Source: Sulfurospirillaceae bacterium
Lineage (GTDB): Bacteria > Campylobacterota > Campylobacteria > Campylobacterales > Sulfurospirillaceae
Assembly (NCBI GenBank): GCA_033723415.1
Contig: JAWVXD010000001.1
Span: 128,001-192,000, forward strand
Reading direction: 5' to 3'
Length of the DNA stretch: 64,000 nt
The position numbers were made by a program, and so were the translations under genes. The notes under the pieces were generated by a model. That model was not told the DNA's origin. It made no database searches and saw nothing but the letters and a program-made list of their open reading frames with translations. Positions 60,461 to 64,000 of the stretch are shown one piece after another (position 1 is the first letter of the stretch; the number at the start of each line of letters is the position of its first letter).

Positions 60461-61516
60461 TCAATTGGTTATGAAAAGCGCTAATTCATCGCTTAGAAAA
60501 TAATCGTTATTGAAAATTTTTCCGTCTTTAGATTTTAGCTTATCATTACTCAGGAGAATATTGACATTTTTTATTTCACTTTTATAAAACTCGTTCATAT
60601 CAACTCCTGCTTCACTTCTAAGTCCCAGAAGTATTTTTTCGATATGAATATCCTCAGAACTTAAATGTTCAATACTTGTACATTTTGGGTTATTTATATA
60701 ATCTTCAATTTTTTTGTCAGTATAAAATCTCTTGTCTTTCAAAAATCCAACAGCTCCGGCTCCTATACCTATATAATCATCATGTTCCCAATACCCGAAG
60801 TTGTGTATACTTTTGTAATTGCCAAAGTTAGAAATTTCGTATTGAGGAAAACCTCTTCTTATTATTTCCTGCGTAAAAAACTTAGCTAGATCTATTGAAT
60901 CTATTGCAACCTTAGGTGTCTTAAAAAACGGTGTTCCTTCTTCTATTGTCAGTGAATATGCACTTAAATGATTTATAGGGAGAGAAAAAGCAATATCCAG
61001 ATCATTTGACAAAAGAGTTTTTTCATCAAGCATGGTTCCATATATCAGATCTATAGAAATATTCTTAAAACCGACTTTCTCTGCATTTTTTACAGCTTTT
61101 ATGGCAGAGTTTTTATTATGACTTCTGCCTAAGAACTTTAATTTTTTTTCATCAAAACTTTGTACTCCAAAACTTATTCTATTTACTCCAAGCTTTTTCA
61201 TCCCATCAAGCCAATTTAAACTGGCAGAATTTGGGTTTGCTTCAGTCGTAATTTCTGCATCTTCAGATAAATAAGGATTAAGAAGTTCAAAAAATTCTTC
61301 ATATAATTTGAAATTTATCGTAGAAGGCGTACCACCACCTATAAACAAGGATCTTATACTATGCTTTTCAACTGCAAAGTTAGACAATTCAGCTTCTAAA
61401 TGTTTAACTATAGAGGACATGTAAGATTTTTTTAAATCAAACTTGTCAACATAAGAATTAAAAGAACAATAATGACACAAACTATCACAAAATGGAATAT
61501 GAAGATATATAAGCAT
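60461..61516 (-). CDS. hemW: Radical SAM heme chaperone HemW (HemN-like)
   Basis: YLHIPFCDSLCHYCSF, GGGTPS, EANP, RISFGVQSF, YEISNF, HNFGYW. Confidence 0.9.
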   Translation of the reverse strand: MLIYLHIPFCDSLCHYCSFNSYVDKFDLKKSYMSSIVKHLEAELSNFAVEKHSIRSLFIGGGTPSTINFKLYEEFFELLNPYLSEDAEITTEANPNSASLNWLDGMKKLGVNRISFGVQSFDEKKLKFLGRSHNKNSAIKAVKNAEKVGFKNISIDLIYGTMLDEKTLLSNDLDIAFSLPINHLSAYSLTIEEGTPFFKTPKVAIDSIDLAKFFTQEIIRRGFPQYEISNFGNYKSIHNFGYWEHDDYIGIGAGAVGFLKDKRFYTDKKIEDYINNPKCTSIEHLSSEDIHIEKILLGLRSEAGVDMNEFYKSEIKNVNILLSNDKLKSKDGKIFNNDYFLSDELALFITN

Positions 61517-61606
61517 AAATAAATCACTTTTTTGATAGTATTTTATCTAAATAATAGTAGCTAAAACCTTTGATAGGATACAAAAAAATAAGAAAGTCTT
61601 GAGAAA

Positions 61607-62077
61607 ATGTCGGAAAATAAAAAATATAGACAAAATGTTGCTGCAGTTATATTGTCACACAAATACCCTCTTGTGTGTGAACTGTTTGTCGCCAGACGAA
61701 ACGACATGAAGAATGTATGGCAATTTCCACAAGGTGGTATTGATGATGGAGAATCAGAAAAAGATGCTTTATTTAGGGAGTTAGAAGAAGAAATAGGCAC
61801 AAATAAAATAGAGATAATAACAAAATACCCTGAACAATTAAAGTATGATTTCCCACAAACTATAGCAAAAAAGATGTATCCATTTGATGGTCAAAACCAG
61901 ACATATTTTTTAGTAAAATTGAAATCAAGTGCAAAAATAGACTTAAATACTAAACATCCTGAGTTTGATGATTATAACTTTGTAAAACTAGAAAAGATTT
62001 TTGAGATGGTTACATACTTCAAGAGACCTGTTTATCAAAAAGTTTTAAGCTATTTTAAAAAAGAAGGATATCTTTAG
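61607..62077 (+). CDS. rppH: RNA pyrophosphohydrolase
   Basis: YRQNVAAVI, WQFPQGGIDDGE..ALFRELEEEIG Nudix box, GQNQ, PEF, FKRPVY. Confidence 0.95.
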   Translation: MSENKKYRQNVAAVILSHKYPLVCELFVARRNDMKNVWQFPQGGIDDGESEKDALFRELEEEIGTNKIEIITKYPEQLKYDFPQTIAKKMYPFDGQNQTYFLVKLKSSAKIDLNTKHPEFDDYNFVKLEKIFEMVTYFKRPVYQKVLSYFKKEGYL

Positions 62078-62091
62078 TTAGTATTGTAATT

Positions 62092-62124
62092 ATAAGAGCA
62101 AAGATGGTTTATCTTTGCTCTTAT
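62092..62124. terminator. 14-bp perfect hairpin downstream of rppH
   Basis: ATAAGAGCAAAGAT-GGTTT-ATCTTTGCTCTTAT. Confidence 0.6.
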
Positions 62125-62327
62125 CCAAAGCAATCGTTTTGGATCAAGAGTAAATATAAACCACCCTTTGGGTAAAAAGATAAAACGACAATTATATTAT
62201 TATATTTTTATGATCCTGTATTAATTCTGGATTATTGTTAATATATGAATTGTGTTTGGCATTTTCTCTTTTTATTTGAAAATATAGATGGTTATAAGGT
62301 CAATTGTCAGATGGAAGTTGGTACAAA

Positions 62328-63530
62328 ATGCTTATAGTACAAAAATATGGGGGAACAAGCGTCGGCACGGTCGAGCGTATTTCAGAAGTTGCAAAAAGAG
62401 TTGCAGAAAGAAAAAAAGACGGCAATGATCTAGTTGTTGTTGTCTCAGCTATGAGCGGAGAAACGAATAAGCTGATAGAGCTGGCACATAGCTTTAGCAA
62501 AGATCCAAAGAAAAGAGAGATGGATCTGTTGTTAAGCTCTGGGGAAAGAGTAACAAGTGCATTATTAGCTATTGCTCTTAATGAAATGGGATATAAAACA
62601 GTTGCCATGAGCGGGAGGCAAGCAGGTATAGTTACAGACAACGTACATACTAAAGCCAGAATTGAACATATAGACGGCTCAAAAATAGAAAAAGAGCTTA
62701 AAAAAGGAAATATTGTCGTTGTAGCAGGATTTCAAGGTATTACAGATGTGGGTGAAGTCTCAACATTAGGTCGAGGCGGAAGTGACTTGAGTGCTGTTGC
62801 AATCGCTGGAGCATTGGGTGCTGATCTTTGTGAAATATACACTGATGTAGACGGTGTATATACAACTGATCCGAGAATCGAGCCAAAAGCAAAAAAATTA
62901 GCAAATATAAGCTATGATGAAATGCTTGAACTTGCTAGTCTTGGAGCAAAAGTACTACAAAGTAGGTCTGTTGAATTAGCAAAAAAATTAAATGTTAATT
63001 TAGTGACTAGAAGTAGTTTTAACACTAATGAAGGAACAAATATTTTGAGAGAAGAGGATATTATGGAAAAGCCACTAGTAAGCGGCATTGCTATTGATAA
63101 AAATCAAGCAAGGGTTACTTTAAGAGGTGTTACCGATAAGCCTGGAATTGCAGCGGAGATATTTAGAAAATTGGCAGAAGAGGGCGTGAATGTTGATATG
63201 ATCATTCAAAATGTCGGTCTGGACGGAACTACTAATTTGGGATTTACTATACCTGAAAATGAATTGGATGTAGCTAAGAATGCTATGAGTGAAATACAAG
63301 CTTCCCAAAGTGTTGAATTTGACAAAAATATAGTCAAAGTTTCAATCGTAGGTGTGGGTATGAAATCTCACAGTGGTGTTGCGTGTACAGCATTTGATAC
63401 TTTGGCAGATGAGAGAATAAATATAGAGATGATAAGTACCAGTGAGATAAAAATATCTATGGTTATTAGCGCAAAATATGGGGAATTAGCCGTTCGCGCT
63501 CTTCATGATGCTTATAAGTTGGATCAATAG
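62328..63530 (+). CDS. lysC: Aspartate kinase
   Basis: MLIVQKYGGTSV, VVSAM, TLGRGGSD, YTDVDGVYTTDPR, two ACT domains. Confidence 0.97.
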   Translation: MLIVQKYGGTSVGTVERISEVAKRVAERKKDGNDLVVVVSAMSGETNKLIELAHSFSKDPKKREMDLLLSSGERVTSALLAIALNEMGYKTVAMSGRQAGIVTDNVHTKARIEHIDGSKIEKELKKGNIVVVAGFQGITDVGEVSTLGRGGSDLSAVAIAGALGADLCEIYTDVDGVYTTDPRIEPKAKKLANISYDEMLELASLGAKVLQSRSVELAKKLNVNLVTRSSFNTNEGTNILREEDIMEKPLVSGIAIDKNQARVTLRGVTDKPGIAAEIFRKLAEEGVNVDMIIQNVGLDGTTNLGFTIPENELDVAKNAMSEIQASQSVEFDKNIVKVSIVGVGMKSHSGVACTAFDTLADERINIEMISTSEIKISMVISAKYGELAVRALHDAYKLDQ

Positions 63531-63533
63531 TCA

Positions 63534-64000
63534 ATGCAAAAGTTTTTAAAGTGGTCTTTGGAAAACATTAGAAAAGACAGTTCAATGATGAGCTGGATGG
63601 AAGAAAAAAGATTTGAATGGGTTCCTTTAAACGTTTCCATGCTCAAAAATTTATTAGAAGGTCATACTATTCTTGTTATCACTGATGACGATAGAGAATG
63701 GTTTTGCGAATATATGCTGGGTGATATAAATAAGCTTACTAAAAACAGACCTATACTTCCATTTTTATCTTTAAAATCACTATTTCCAAACCTAAATACT
63801 TTAAAAACAAAAGAAGACATAGAGCTTTTAGAAGATATGCTATTCCAATCTTTTCCAAACGGATATACATATTTTTATATTGGTAAAAATAACAATATAA
63901 AAATGCAAATAGCTAAAAGAAAAGACGATAGTTTTATCTGGGTGATGGATGAACAATTACAAAATAGTTTTTTCCTATCATCAAATGATGAAAATTTAGA
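63534..64000 (+). CDS. hobA: DnaA regulator HobA, truncated by window edge
   Basis: Hand translation MQKFLKWSLENIRKD..MSWMEEKRFEWVPL...TDDDREWF..Y...RPILP; follows lysC as in other Campylobacterota. Confidence 0.88.
   Translation, partial: MQKFLKWSLENIRKDSSMMSWMEEKRFEWVPLNVSMLKNLLEGHTILVITDDDREWFCEYMLGDINKLTKNRPILPFLSLKSLFPNLNTLKTKEDIELLEDMLFQSFPNGYTYFYIGKNNNIKMQIAKRKDDSFIWVMDEQLQNSFFLSSNDENL

Noticed and set aside
62078..62327. Lysine riboswitch upstream of lysC
   Set aside because: No AGAGGYGC/AGUA core or five-way junction visible

Overview
AT-rich chromosomal segment from a Campylobacterota bacterium (Sulfurospirillum-like; this is an inference from gene content and synteny). Most of the window is core backbone: aroB-mtaB-ftsH-like-bioV, ktrBA, mqnC-M16 peptidase-recG, hpf, fliW/bamD-lon, rpsF-ssb-rpsR, holA-rnr-HDOD, ilvC-dprA-ruvX, queA-tatCB, hemH, hemW, rppH-lysC-hobA. 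Several accessory modules interrupt it: lutABC lactate oxidation, a split PAS plus soluble MCP-CZB chemosensor, a four-gene MSHA-like minor pilin/adhesin operon with about 37 D/E-x-N-x-S/T N-glycosylation sequons, c-di-GMP genes and an orphan SdhA/NadB-like flavoprotein. The strongest candidate for an undescribed system is an ~11.5 kb ectoine/hydroxyectoine uptake and catabolism island (TeaABC-type TRAP, DoeA, M20 deacetylase, EctB-type aminotransferase, aldehyde dehydrogenase). It lacks eutABC, teaD and any regulator, and instead carries a Ser/Thr-type proline-racemase-family enzyme coupled to a zinc-free MDR reductase, a plausible alternative 5-hydroxyectoine dehydration/reduction route. The island also holds a structured intergenic element and an unannotated 52-aa ORF behind an operator-bearing promoter. 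No rRNA, tRNA, CRISPR array or transposase was seen.
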